Assembly: GCA_003427395.1 (NCBI GenBank)
Contig: BFEA01000014.1
Location: 2,773,461-2,836,518 of the forward strand
Length of the DNA: 63,058 nucleotides
DNA from: Chara braunii
Taxonomy: Eukaryota; Plantae; Charophyceae
Direction: 5' to 3'
Positions within the stretch are counted from its first letter, which is position 1. Every line of letters starts with the position of its first letter. Positions 50,274-63,058 of the stretch are shown here, piece after piece. Under the pieces are notes generated by a model. That model was not told the origin of the DNA. It made no database searches and was given only the letters and a program-made list of their open reading frames with translations. Both the position numbers and the translations under genes were made by a program.

Positions 50274-53200
50274 GCGCTCCACAGATGCAACCATTCACAG
50301 GCACAGGCAAAACTCCCGGTAGGCCTATGCCTTTTACAGGCCCAGGGGAGTTCTTTGCAGGCCTGAGCCAAACTGAGGGTCTGGCCACAAATCGTACCAA
50401 TCACAGGCCCAGGCAAAACTCAAGCCTAGCTTTTAACAGGGCCAGTCTGGTTGTCCTAGTTGGTATACACATAATGTTCATTTTCTCCATTTGCTGCTTG
50501 TGTGGCTTGTGAGCACCAGAACACCCAGTTTTTTTTCACAACCGGGCAACACTCAGAATTGGGTTTTTCAGGCCTGTGTTTTTTACAGGCCCAGGCCTGA
50601 GCTTTTGGCAGGCCTGTGCAACTCTTAAGGCCTTGGTAAGATGTCCAAACCCCCTCTCATTTGAGGAATTTGGTTTCCGATGAGTCGCGATGACCGATAC
50701 CCCATTCCAAAAAAAAAAAAAAAAAACATTGAGGAATATGCTTTCCAATGACCAATAACCCATTCCAAAAAAAAAAAAAAAAAAAGGTAAGATTACTAAG
50801 GATTTTTTTTTTTCTTAAAAATATTATGTGGTAGCATCTACGCAATGTTGGTTTTGCTCTCTTGCCGCGTCACGCCTTNNNNNNNNNNNNNNNNNNNNNN
50901 NNNNNNNNNNNNNNNNNNNNTTTTTTTTTTTTAAACTAAGCTACATATAGTCTTCTCTGAATTCTCTCCATCATACCTCACGCTACCTACCTAGATGCCT
51001 AGAGTCTGATCCCACTTTTTTTTTTTTTTTTTGGTCTGATCGCACTTCTTATAGGCAAGGCACTTTTTTAATAAATTTTGGGATCCCACTTCTTTCCGCG
51101 AGAGCTGGAGGTGGCCCTTTTTTTCAAAGAAGTGGAAACGGCCTAGTATGTGGCAGTGCGAGCGCGATTTGAGGACCGGTAGTTTTTCCAAAAAGCGAAA
51201 GACGCCACCCCCGTACCCTGCACCGTGAAAGAAGGTGCCCTTGGTTTTTTTTTCCCCCTTTTTTTTTCCCTGATGTGCAGGCCATCGGATCCTCGAGGCG
51301 CCACAAGATAGTGCCGCTCCGTTAGGAAAATTCCCGCAGAGGTCGGGCATGTGGCGTCACGTTTTTCTTTCACGTTCCGTGCGCTGTGTCTCCACCTTTT
51401 GCGACACTTTTATGTTCTTTCGAAACAGAAAAGAGGTGGGATCATAGTACCATCATACCCTTAGTTTATTTACAGACCTTGGCAGAACTCGGCGCTGAGC
51501 TTTTGAGATGTCATGACCGAGTTCTTTAACTGACGCTGATTTTTGCGAGGCCTGAGCTTTTACAAGGTTCTGCGAGCCAAGCTCGGCCGTTACACCCACG
51601 AACAGTTTGAAATATGAAATATGAATCAGACCCAGGTTAAAGTCCAGGTGCAATCAAATGAACAGAAAAAAATAATAAGAATCAGATCCAGGTTCAAGTT
51701 CAGGTTCAATCAAAAAAATAATAAGAAACAGAAAAAATAATAATTCTGAATTAAGTTCAATTAACTGGGGCCGGTCCACATTCAATGATGATGGTATCTC
51801 AAGGCCATCACCTTTTTATAAGGAAAAAGAAAAAGAAGAAGAAAAAGAAAAAGAAAGAGAAAAAGAAAAAGAAAAAAAGAAAAAGGGTTTCACATGCCCC
51901 ATTATTGCTTGTGCCTTATACATGAGCATGCCTGAGTTTTTCTTACAGGCCTGAGCAAAACTCAGCCCTGAGACTTTTAGGCAGGGCGTCATGACTCGGT
52001 TCTTTCGCTGAGGCTTGCCACCCCACTGCCCGGCGGCTGGAAAAGTTTTTTTGCCGTGGAAGGCCAGGCCATTTTAAAACCCCACTTAGCCACCAGGAAA
52101 GCAGTTTTTCCAACCCCCAACCCCCTAGTGTAGTTTGCAACACCACTGACCAGAAAAAAAACATCACCCAGCAGAGCAGGAAAGAAGGAAGGGGGGGGGA
52201 AGGGGGAGGGGGAGGGAGTGGGGTATTCCTTCTGATGGGCGGGAGGATGTGTGGTCCAATCGACAATGCAGGGGACCGTTATGTGAATCAAATGGACATT
52301 CTTAACCGAACTCAACTGATTCGGGAGGGACCCCTTCGGGTTTCCCTTTTTGGAAGAGTGGCACTGTTCCCAGTGCCGTTTTTTAAGTGGTGGATTGAAA
52401 TCTCTACCAATTTTTTCTTTTTTCTTTTTTCTTTTTTTTTTTTTGGGAAAATCTACCAATTTCTTTCAAAATGCCTTTACCTGTTTTTTTTTGGTGGCCA
52501 ACCTGGTTTTCCACCCGCCGGCCAGTGGGGTCCAAGCCTGAGGGCTATTTTTGCAAAGCTGAGCTTTTACAAGGGGTTTTACAAAAGCGGGAGGAAGACA
52601 CTCTTTGTCGTCGGAACCAGGCTGGTCGGCACTGGGGAAGTTTGCATTGCTCTGTAACCCTAGCGCAGGGGGTATGAGATCGGCGGAGTTTTGGTACGAG
52701 GACGGAATGCTCGGACTTACGTTTTTTTTTTTTGATTGATGAAGGGGAGGTGGAAATAGTCCGAGGTTTGGATTGTGGTTGGGTGGATCATAGGCGTTTT
52801 TTTTTCTGAGAACTGTAGTTGTTCTTAAGGTTTTTCTCATAGTTTTTCGCAGGTGGTTTGGTAGTGTCGACTGATTGTTTCTCTTATTCGCCGAAGGCGG
52901 GTAATGGCCCCGGGATTTGGAATGTGTCAAATAATCTCTCACTTGTACTTCAAACTTCAAAGGGATGCTGAGCCCGGTTCTCAGCACATGATGCTCCCTA
53001 CATAATCTCACTTGTACTTCAAACTTCAAACTGATTGTTCAGTTAATTTCTCTGCACAACAGTCTTGCACGGCCGGCCCGCCCGCCCAGGAAAATAGGGT
53101 GACCTGGGCGGCCCGGCTGGTAGCCTAGTTTACAACAACAACAACAAAAAAAAAAAAAAAAAAAAAAGGTTTTAATTTTGAAGGCTTTTGCACAAGTGTC

Positions 53201-54474
53201 CTTCAGGGCATCCATTACAATTTGGAACAATAAATTGTCCGAATTTTGAACAATAAATGGTCCCAATTCATATTGTTCGAAATTCGCGCATTAAATTAGC
53301 ATGGCCCCTTTGCAAGGAAGAGGACATGCATAAGGCAACAAAATGGTCCGAATGAAAAAGAAAAAGAAAAAAGAAAAAAAAAACAAAAAAGACTCCGGAG
53401 TCTGAACAGACAAAACATCCACAAGCCTCTGCTCGAAGACGGCCAGGCGCGCGGGCAAAGTTGCCATCCTGCTGAATGACGCTCTCTCCGTCAGTCGTGT
53501 GCCTCAAAGACGGCCAGGCGGGTGAAGCTGCCATCCTGAAGAACTCGAGTCCCCTCACACAAGGACTTTTTTGACTCGGCTTTCGACGTGATTGCTGTCA
53601 GGTGCATCCAAGTCTCTGGCCATCATTGCATTCAGATACATTTAAGAAAGTGCTAGTGTGAATGTCCTCAAAAGACGAGTTAGTGTGTGCACCTCAAAGA
53701 GGGCCAGGCGGCCGAAGCTTCCATCCTCGAACCACCAGTACCTATCGCATCTTTAGGCGTTGATTCGAAGGCTGAATCTGTGCGCCGCGCGGATCCGCCG
53801 GGGGGCCTAAGACCCCTCGGGGTACTGGTCGGTTTAAGAAGAGTCCACTCACATGAGGACTTATTCCACTCAGCTCTCGACACGATTGCCGTCACGTGCA
53901 CCCGAGTCTTCCCATAATTGTGTCCCGATGCGTTTGAAAAAAAGTGCTCGTGTTGTGAATACAGCCTCAAAAGATGACTACGTGCGTGTCACAAATGCAT
54001 GCTACGTAGGCCTCGCTAGCAACCACAGCTGCAGCACCTGCCAGCACTTCAGTTGCCCGCATGCCCACCACTTCCCGTGTCGACGCATCCACGCAGAGAA
54101 GGGCAATCAAATCAACAAACTCAGAACACAAGAGATGATAGTATCATGATACACGTCACAGTCACGATATAAGGTATAGAAGCGCGCCATGTCATCAATC
54201 GCTGCATCCAAAACTGCAGCTGAAAGTAAAATGGCTTCTACACATAAGAAGGTTGTGTGATTGCGGCCGGTCTGTTTCTGGTTATCAGCACTTTATTACG
54301 GTATGTACCAGTGAAACTTCCAATGATAAATCAGAAGGAGCATATTCTACCAACTAGATTTAACTACAGTAGCTAGGATTAAATTAAATAGCTAGGCTTT
54401 AAATTCCTTTGATCGTGAATACAAAAAAAAAAAAAAAAAAAAAAAAAAATCACTCCAGTGACTCCATCTATATC

Positions 54475-54512
54475 CTGTCTCTTATACACATCTAGATGTG
54501 TATAAGAGACAG
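54475..54512. other. Nextera mate-pair junction adapter (assembly artefact)
   Basis: CTGTCTCTTATACACATCT+AGATGTGTATAAGAGACAG, followed by an exact copy of ~47796-47890 and then an N gap. Confidence 0.98.
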
Positions 54513-54641
54513 GTGGGGTTTACCTGTGATGTGAGGGTGATGTGCTGCTTTGCTCCGTGTTGGATGTGTGTACGGCCTCGTCTGCGCTCCGCCACTGCTT
54601 TGCTGCCNNNNNNNNNNNNNNNNNNNNNAGATATTCCTTCT

Positions 54642-54675
<34 letters not shown>

Positions 54676-55201
54676 ATTCTCCGATATTCGATCATGTGGC
54701 GGGCGGTTCTACCCGGGTGTCAGGACACTGACTGTATATGAACTGGACACTGACTGTATATGAACTGGTACCAAATGCTCAGACCCTGCTTCTATCTCCT
54801 GTCGTATATCGTATTATAGCGCGGAGGAGGAGGGGGCGAGGGGGGCGCGCGGGGACTAATCGCGCCTAAAAGGTCTTAAACCAATGCAACAAAAAAAAAT
54901 GCCAAAACGTATTCGCTACGTAAAGGGTATCACATAATAAAGCAAAAGTGCAGCAGTCGATCTATATGTATTGCGATCCACATCATGCCAACAGATGAAA
55001 CTGCCAACGGTCGCAATCTGGCAATCGGCCATGTGAAACACCCACTCAACATGCAAGGGTTCGCCATAACATAAAGCGGCAGACCCATAACCCATATTGA
55101 CCAAGTACATATTTGATTTGCCTAAAAGGGGATTAAAACTTAAGAGGAAAGAACGGCGCGGGGCAAGAAAATATAATATATATCATCATCATCTGGAGCA
55201 C

Positions 55202-55357
55202 GGTCCCACTAGCAACGAGGATAGAATCAAGCTCCTGAATCTGGATGTGATTTCTGCAGAGATGCAGAAAAGCAGTTCAATCTTGATTTAATGCACCTCT
55301 CCACAAACACGTCCAGATTCAGGCATTCTATCCGATCCCCTCTTTGCTAGTGGGACC
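55202..55357. repeat. Imperfect ~155-bp inverted repeat (hairpin)
   Basis: Paired blocks GGTCCCACTAGCAA/TTGCTAGTGGGACC, GGATAGAAT/ATTCTATCC and CCTGAATCTGGATGTG/CACGTCCAGATTCAGG. Confidence 0.8.
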
Positions 55358-55660
55358 ACGCCCCTGGTACCACGTGCAGTAACCTTCCTGCTCCTGCTCC
55401 TTGTTAGTTAATTGCACGCCCACATTCAATCCGCAAATCCGCACCGCAAATCCGCAATGCAAATATTCTACACATATATAATCAGGTCAGGAAAAACAGA
55501 AAGGCACGCTTGTCCATTGAACCATCCTGCTCCTCTGTGCCATCTCGTTCCACGCCATCAACTGGACAGAGAACACAAAAAAAATCACTCGAAATGGTTG
55601 CCTTGCTGATCCAACATCAGCAACAGCAGCTCTGGCATCCACTACGCTTCTTCTAAAATA

Positions 55661-55716
<56 letters not shown>

Positions 55717-56833
55717 GCATGTAGCTGCCCCTACATAAATATGTCTAGAGTGGAACTACAACAGTGCGCTTACATTTACACAATCAATTCCAACCATACG
55801 CATGTCAGATAACTGCATGACAGTCATAACCCAGATGCATCGCTCGCGATCAGCTCGATCAAACAGCCTTGCAGGAGAGTAACTGCATTTCTCAACTTCG
55901 CATCCACTGATTGCACCCAGAGACTTCACTCACCGCGAGCAGATCCCCGAATCAGAAACCACAACTGTTCCTCAAAGCCTATTGACAACCAACCGCCACC
56001 GAGCCACCATCTCACCTCGTTGCAATCACCACGGACTGTGTTCTCCCTCACTGCACGGACTAATCAATCCGCTTCATCCGCTGGTCGCTGTGTGATCGCC
56101 CATCGCCGCCGCCATCACGATCAATCCCCTTCATCCGCCGATCGTTGTGTGATTGCCCATCACCGCCGCCATCACGATCAATCCCTTTCGTCTGGCGATT
56201 GCTGTGCGATCGCGATATCACCGCGGCCATCACGATCAGCGTCAGTTACATGTTTGCCAAGTACACACATCCCTCGAAAACCAAATAGCCAAATCGTCAG
56301 ATTTCCTTGTGGTCGCCCACCTCCGCCGTCTCTGGGCTCAGCTCCTCTTCCACCCTTGCACCGCTGTACCCAGGCATCAAAACGTTTTGACGATTTGCAT
56401 GACGGCAATGGGACGGACTATTGGCAGTCATTACTAACAGGGCATCAACATGTGTCTGGGACATCATCCTGGTGTGACCAAACATTCGCTGCACACACGC
56501 TGTTCAGGCGCATCATCCTGGTGATGACCCATTGGATGCAATTGTCGTTGCATCCAGTCTCGTTGTCCATCCAGGTTCAATACATTAGCGCATCACCATC
56601 ATCACGTGCTGCTTAGTTCCCAGTTTAATACTATCGCCAAGTGCTCCATATCCACCCCGTCTTGCAAAGACTGCCGGTGCAGGCATCACCCAGCATCATC
56701 ATCAAAACACGTGCCACGATGCAGGTCCTTCGCTCATTACCACCACCGGTGATTTAGTGGCCACTCATCAGTCGGACCATCCTCATCACGCAACATCAAG
56801 CATGACGGCATGTGGAGTAAGGAGCCAACCCAC

Positions 56834-56926
<93 letters not shown>

Positions 56927-56982
56927 NNNNNNNNNNNNNNNNNNNNNNNNNNNNNNNNNNNNNNNNNNNNNNNNNNNNNNNN

Positions 56983-57032
<50 letters not shown>

Positions 57033-58225
57033 CTCTCTGTGTGCGTGACAATTGGCACTCTGTGCTTATCGTCCAATAGTTCGTCCCATTGCCGTCCAGC
57101 CGACCTCCACACCACATCCACTTCAAGCTGGACGAGGGACCCAACCCACCTCCCTTCACATCCACTCTCTGCGTGACACGTGGCACTCATTGTCTCTCGC
57201 CCAATAGTACGTCCTGTGATGCTGTAGGCGGCCTCTACGTGGCACTTAATGCTGGCCCATTATCGTAGCAATCAAGACTTTTTCGCCAAGGGTGCACTCT
57301 CATCGACCGATGCCATGTCCAGTCCATGCATTACATCAACCTATTTTTAATCTATGTCGTTGACTACCGCATCCCTTGGTGCCTGACGTGGACCAATCAC
57401 ACTCCAGGTGACTCCACCAATATATGTCACTCGTCGTGCCTTGAAGTATTCTCGATGTATGATTGATGATTACCGCATAATTGCGCGTATCCCTTGGTGC
57501 ATGCCGTGAACAGGTCATCCTCCACCAGTGTATCAGCCATCCTGCCCCGCCAGCTCACGGACGGCCACCTCGTCGTCATTACCCGTCATCATGCTCATGC
57601 TCGATCACTCGCCTCAAACAAACGTCGAATGTGCGGTCGCTCATCGCTGGCCCGTGAAAAGGCAGAGGATGATGTCGCACATTATACGGTCACTGATCGG
57701 TCCCATCCTGCCGGATCGCCCACCACCATCACAAGCCATTCATCATCTCGACCTGTCCGTGTGGGACCGTCCCATTCGATTCATGGTTGCATACCCTGCC
57801 ACCTGTCTCCGTGTGGGACGCGCCTCACTGCGACCACCGGTGTCCCAAATATAGCCCCGGATCATCATGTCGAGTGCCAGGGAAATATCCGCCTGTCGCC
57901 CGAAGTACCGACGCCCGGCACCGGTTTCTGGGAAAATTTTACAGCTACTACTGGTAGCCACCACCACCTGTCCATCGGTCAGAGGTTCGCCATCAGGATG
58001 TTCAGTCCTCAGAGACACACAAAACTTTCATACTAGTTCATAATACCAATACCAATATATCGTCAATTTAACAGAGCTGCCGGCTAAACCGTAGTAGGGG
58101 CAGAGAGGGAGGTAGAGAAGAGGACAACAAACGAGCAGCTGTGAGAAACTGTTTACCATAAATTAAATTTGCCTAAAAGGACACAAAAAGTGATTATAAC
58201 AAAGATCCATATGATATGATGCAAA

Positions 58226-58346
58226 GGGCGTCGGTTTACTAATCTCCAAGCGTGCAAAATGAGACCGAATCTTCCGCTAGAACATGGAAAGATGCATTGC
58301 CATATATTTGTCTTTTGTGAGTGTGGACACTAGTGGAGAGAGGGCC
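58226..58346. mobile_element. Diverged copy of the Tourist-like MITE
   Basis: Shares GTGCAAAA...GAATCTTCCGCTAGAA(C/T)ATGGAAAGATGCA with 7057-7178. Ends are GGGC...GGCC, flanked by AAA on both sides; 121 bp. Confidence 0.65.
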
Positions 58347-58484
58347 AAAGTCTCAAGGAATGATGATTCCGAAGCAGCAATGCCATACATCTGGCCGGTC
58401 AGATGGTGGTCGCCGCCGACCTCTTGTACATGTACTATCCCCCCTCGCCACCACCGCCAGTTTGAGTTGATCCACCCATAACCG

Positions 58485-58522
58485 CTGTCTCTTATACACA
58501 TCTAGATGTGTATAAGAGACAG
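58485..58522. other. Nextera mate-pair junction adapter (assembly artefact)
   Basis: Same 38-bp palindrome, separating two identical 153-bp copies (58332-58484 and 58523-58675). Confidence 0.98.
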
Positions 58523-61500
58523 AGTGGAGAGAGGGCCAAAGTCTCAAGGAATGATGATTCCGAAGCAGCAATGCCATACATCTGGCCGGTCAGATGGTGG
58601 TCGCCGCCGACCTCTTGTACATGTACTATCCCCCCTCGCCACCACCGCCAGTTTGAGTTGATCCACCCATAACCGTGAGCAGCACAGCCACCGCATAAAT
58701 TGCATAAATCGTCCGGTTGTTATGCTCGTCCCAGGTCATGTCGCTCGCTCGCTCGCCAACCCATAACTGCAATATGGAGGGTACATAGGGCATCGCCAAA
58801 CCATTCACGGGATGTGAAAAAGAGAACACCTACAGCAGGGGGTGTATCTTTCTCTGTGTTTGCTGAAGATGCAAGCTCCAGTTTGGAGATCCCAGGAGAA
58901 GTGAGGCGGCACCCGGAGTCGCTTAAACTGCCAGTAAATAGCCCCAGCCTTGCAGTGTTTCTTTCTTTTTCTTTTTTTTCTTTTTTTTTTACCACACAAC
59001 ACACTCACCCCTTCTATTCTGTGGCCCCTACTTCTAAAAAATTGGAGGCTTGGGGTCACCGAACACAATGGCCGGGGGTGCAGCCAAAAAAAAGAAAAAA
59101 AGAAGTGTGCAGCTGGCAGTTCGGCAAAGCTTGGCGCTCAGTGTAGCGCCGCCAGGCCAGGGTGTACTGGTGGCTTGAACCACCACTGCCATCGACGACT
59201 CGAAAACCCACAATTGGGTGCCTGCGGATGCGTACGGGGTGGGTCATGATACCAGCTGCATGCCATCGATGACTTCTCTGCGAAATTTTGAGTGCAGCAA
59301 TATTCTGTGCTCAGATTTTTAAAAACAAAATCTGAAAAGAATAAGGTCATGGGTTGAGTGCCAATCTTTTCAGAAGAAGCTCATATATATTTCAGAAGTA
59401 AAATCTCTGCACAAAGTGTTGGTGTCTTTTGGTGTCTCACTTTCCAGCCCGCGCTAGGTCGTAGGAGTTTGGGTGCTGCTCCCCGCACAGAGCAGAGTTA
59501 GGTAGGCTAAGAGTCGAAGACCCATAACCTTAGGATAGCTTAGGCATATTCAGTACATTTATTTAAACCGCAAGTACACGGCCCCAGCCTTGCAGAAAGT
59601 TTTTGTCACCACAAGCAAAACTCGGAGGGGCCGCGCGGCGTGGGGCGCCGTTGAAAAAAAAATTGGCGGCCTCCAAAGTTGTGCAGGTTTCATGCTGACA
59701 CCCCCAGCAGTCCGATGTGTGGTGTACTCGTGCTTTAACGCTGGTCTCCTGAATACAGGAAAATAGGGTGAGGTAGATACAAGATTGAGAGAAGAAAATA
59801 GGGTACCAAAATACAGCTTGTCCCCCCCATATATGAGGAGAAGACAGCTGTATTTTTTTTTTTTTAATCTGCAATTCTGCATGGCAAAAAACATTTTGGC
59901 CGCAAAGGAGCACACTTTTTTGCTACTTCCTGCGGCTGTCAGGGCGACATCTTCACGGTTCAGTGCGCAAGGGTCACAAAGAAAGCGCGGCTCGCTTAAG
60001 TTTGTTTCAGGCCAAGTGGTCATTTGAAAACCACGAGTTCAGTCGAGCTTATTTGTACGCAGCTACCTTCCGACGCTCATGACCCTCCAACTGTGCCATT
60101 GCATTGTGGCCTGCAAAGGACAATGCCGGCCGACGCCGAAAGGGGTATGCCCCCTTACCATATACACTGGTAAGAGCCCAGCTCACTTCTTCCTTCTGCT
60201 TCAGGGCAAGCGGCGAGTTCAAACCACCGGTTGAATGCACGTCTATTTGACTTTGACTGCAGCTACACCTTCCATCCAAGGCCCAGGACTGTCCAAATGG
60301 GCCGACAGTTTTCCGACAAGTTCTGTTTGACGATATATATATTATACATTTGTTTATACATATTAAACACAGTGTCTACCCATGTTATTATGCGAGGATT
60401 GAGCCCTCGCAAAGGCCTTTTTGGCCTGAGCACGCGACTGCCACTTTGGGCCCCAGCAAGCATCGCGCCCGCCCTAAGTGAAGGCGGGCCAGCATTCCGA
60501 GATGAGGCCTTATTTCTGTCATTTCCGAATTGTGGTGCGCAGGACAGTTTCCACGCGCCAGTTGGTTACACGGCCATGCCTGTGTGTCCATGACATGCTG
60601 CGCGTCTGGGCTCACTCAAGGAGCCACGTAGCCAGAGGCTCTCAGATAATGAGAGGCGAGGCTGCTACATGGCTTGAGGACCGCAGGCCAATGAGCATAC
60701 AGCGAGTGACAGCACCCACGTCACACAGTTGGGCAGCTTAACGGCTGCGGGCTCAGGCAACTGTCTGAATGGGCCTGGGCGCAGACACTTTGGCCCAACG
60801 CGAAGCTACTGGGCACACGCACGCCAGGCCCAGGCGGCCAGGGGCTGGGCAGCACTTCCCATATAGGAAAGTGCCTCGCCCAGCAGAGTCACATTCTGGC
60901 TTTGCACCTCTGGGCAGCGGCGCTGGTGCGTTGAGCACAGGAGGCGGCCTGGGCACTGGCCAGAGGCGAACGCGGGCACACGAGGTGAGAGGGGAGCTGC
61001 GGTGGCAGCGGCCACACGGCGGCCATAGCCGGGCTGCTTGGGCGCAGGCTGGTATGGGCAATGGTCGTCTTCAGGCGAACAGGTCGCACACTTTGGGAAG
61101 GAAGGGGAGGAGGTTGAAATGAGAAAGAGACGCGTATCTGGCGTATGCTGGCAGTCTGCATTGGCGATGTCGTAACGTACATTGGTCTTCAGCATGAAGG
61201 GACTCATGTTGCATACATGTACTGGTAGGCTAGATAGCTGGCTACTCAGTAGGATAGGCTGGGCACTGAGCGGCAATCAAGAAGGGCGGGCGACATTGGA
61301 TACTATGTTGGTGGTGGCGAGAGAAGGCCGACATTGACATTTGAGTTCATTGTATTGCTCTTATTCGGAATGTATCTCGGTGCATTTGCGCTTTCTGCTT
61401 GGGACAAGACTATCTGGTCTTCAGCATGATATTGCAATTTGGTTTTCTGGTCTTCAGCGTGATATTGCAATTTGGTTTTCTGTTTATTGCTCTCGCTCAT

Positions 61501-63026
61501 TCTCCTTGCAATTTTATATTATTAATAAAGATTTGGATGTCTAGCGAGAAGAGCAATCATGCCATGAAGAGGCAGATCGATGATGAATGCCAGGACTCAA
61601 GGACGCAAAAAAAAAAAAAAAAAAAAAAAGGCAGGAAAAAGAAAAGAAAAGAAAAGAGAAGAAAAGAAAAAAAACAGAAGGACGAGCAACAACCAGAAGG
61701 GGAGCGCTGGGTTCGCGCATACGACCAGCAGCAGTGCCGTATCTGCAGACCCCTTGACTAATGGCAAGAACATTTGGTGGGAATTTGAGGGTATTTTGCT
61801 GCTAAGGGGATGGTCACGCACTTACCGGAGCGATCCAGCCGCCTAGCTCAATTGCTTAGGCATGCAAGTTGCATTCAGGAGGCCATGGGTTCAGAGAGAG
61901 GTAACCTCCCTTCCCCGAGGAGAGGTAGAAAGCTATGCTTGCGGGGGTCTCCCCTGTGTATAGCCTTTGGGAGTAGTGGGAGGTTGGTAGTGAAAGGAAT
62001 AGATACGTTCCATGACATGCCAGAGTCAGCACTACCCCCGCCAGCCTAAATTTGGCTTTCCTGGCCTTACGAACCGGGTTCTTAGGGGGGGGGCGGCGAC
62101 CAAAGGCGCAGGCAGGTCCAGTCCAAGGATTTTCAAGCACCAACTTTGGCAATTTTTCGTGATCAGAAGAATTGGCGAAAAAAATCTGAAATCTTGAGGT
62201 CCTGTAGATTAGGTTGTGATCTTTCCAGGAAAAAAAATCAAAAAGATGAAAAAGGAAATTTCGACCGTGAAACGAATGCCGCGCCGTTTCGTCTGATTTT
62301 CCATTTTGCCATTCTACCACATGTGTGCGTGCCAATGGGAAAAGTACCCCAGCTTCCACAATTTTTGCGCTCAAAAGGATGACTTGACAACTCTGAAAAT
62401 TCGAGGGTCCGTAGATTTTATCATGATCTTTATACAAACAGGTCAACCCTGCCGCGGAAGCCGCGGCCCAGCACCAGCTCCACCCCATATCCGGCCAAGG
62501 CAACATTGAGGGTGTTTGTTTTAGAATCGAGGGACACGGGGGGGCATCGGCCAAGGCATCAGTATGGCATCGAATCCTTTGAAAACCAGAACTATTTTAT
62601 TGTGGTCGCCACTGGATTCGAACTCACGTTTGCAATTCAACACTGTGCATCAACTCAGTAGCCTGGCAATGTGCAAAATGCGAAGGAATCTTCCGCAAGA
62701 ACATAGGAAGATACACCGCCACGGACAGATACATTGAAAAGAAATCCACGTGTGAGTATGGACTAAGGAGCTGTCAGCTCGATCCCATTTTGCTCATTTG
62801 GTGAACCCTGGCAATGTCGGTCTGTGTGTGTGTGTGTGTGTGTAGGATGAGCAAAATCGGAATGAATCTTTTCAGCCAGAACATGGAAACATACACTGCC
62901 TGTGCCTGCCACACTATTTTTTTTCCCTTTTTTTTTCTGTGTGTGTGTGTGTCTGTGCGTGTGTGTGTTGTCATATTCGCTATACACTCAAAAAAAGCAT
63001 GAATGTACCAGACTGTTTCTTCGGAC

Positions 63027-63058
<32 letters not shown>

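Noticed and set aside
54513-54607. Third copy of the 1.4-kb hammerhead unit
   Set aside because: It is identical to ~47796-47890 and lies between an adapter and an N gap, so it is a chimeric read.
45942-56775. Other CTGATGA motifs (45943 on +, ~56764 on -) as hammerheads
   Set aside because: Neither has a stem II followed by GAAA.
54475-58522. Apparent Tn5 mosaic-end transposon or horizontal transfer
   Set aside because: Head-to-head mosaic ends are the mate-pair junction adapter; there is no transposase, and the adjacent sequence is an exact copy from elsewhere in the window.

Overview
Repeat-rich eukaryotic genomic DNA with N gaps. The transporter and retroelement sequences point to the green lineage, and the style suggests a charophyte alga such as Chara (inference only). 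There is one convincing host gene: an intronless ~1,690-aa FUSC/ALMT-superfamily (aromatic acid exporter-like) membrane protein on the minus strand, expanded by microsatellite-encoded tracts. Bases ~17-42 kb hold a nest of decayed Ty3/gypsy chromoviruses: two two-LTR elements, one solo LTR and one older element whose LTR was split by a later insertion. Where flanks can be read, the target-site duplications are 4 bp. The most unusual signal is at 43.5-50.2 kb, where a type III hammerhead ribozyme module is shared by two microsatellite-anchored repeat families. The first family consists of short copies in (TA)n tracts with one fixed 3' end and variable 5' ends; two copies start 1 nt from the predicted self-cleavage site. 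The second family consists of two ~1.4-kb tandem units bounded by (CA)n. Together they suggest a ribozyme-processed, microsatellite-targeting non-autonomous retroelement system. The window also has Tourist-like MITEs, a hairpin array, a tRNA-derived SINE-like dimer, and two Nextera mate-pair adapters that are assembly artefacts.
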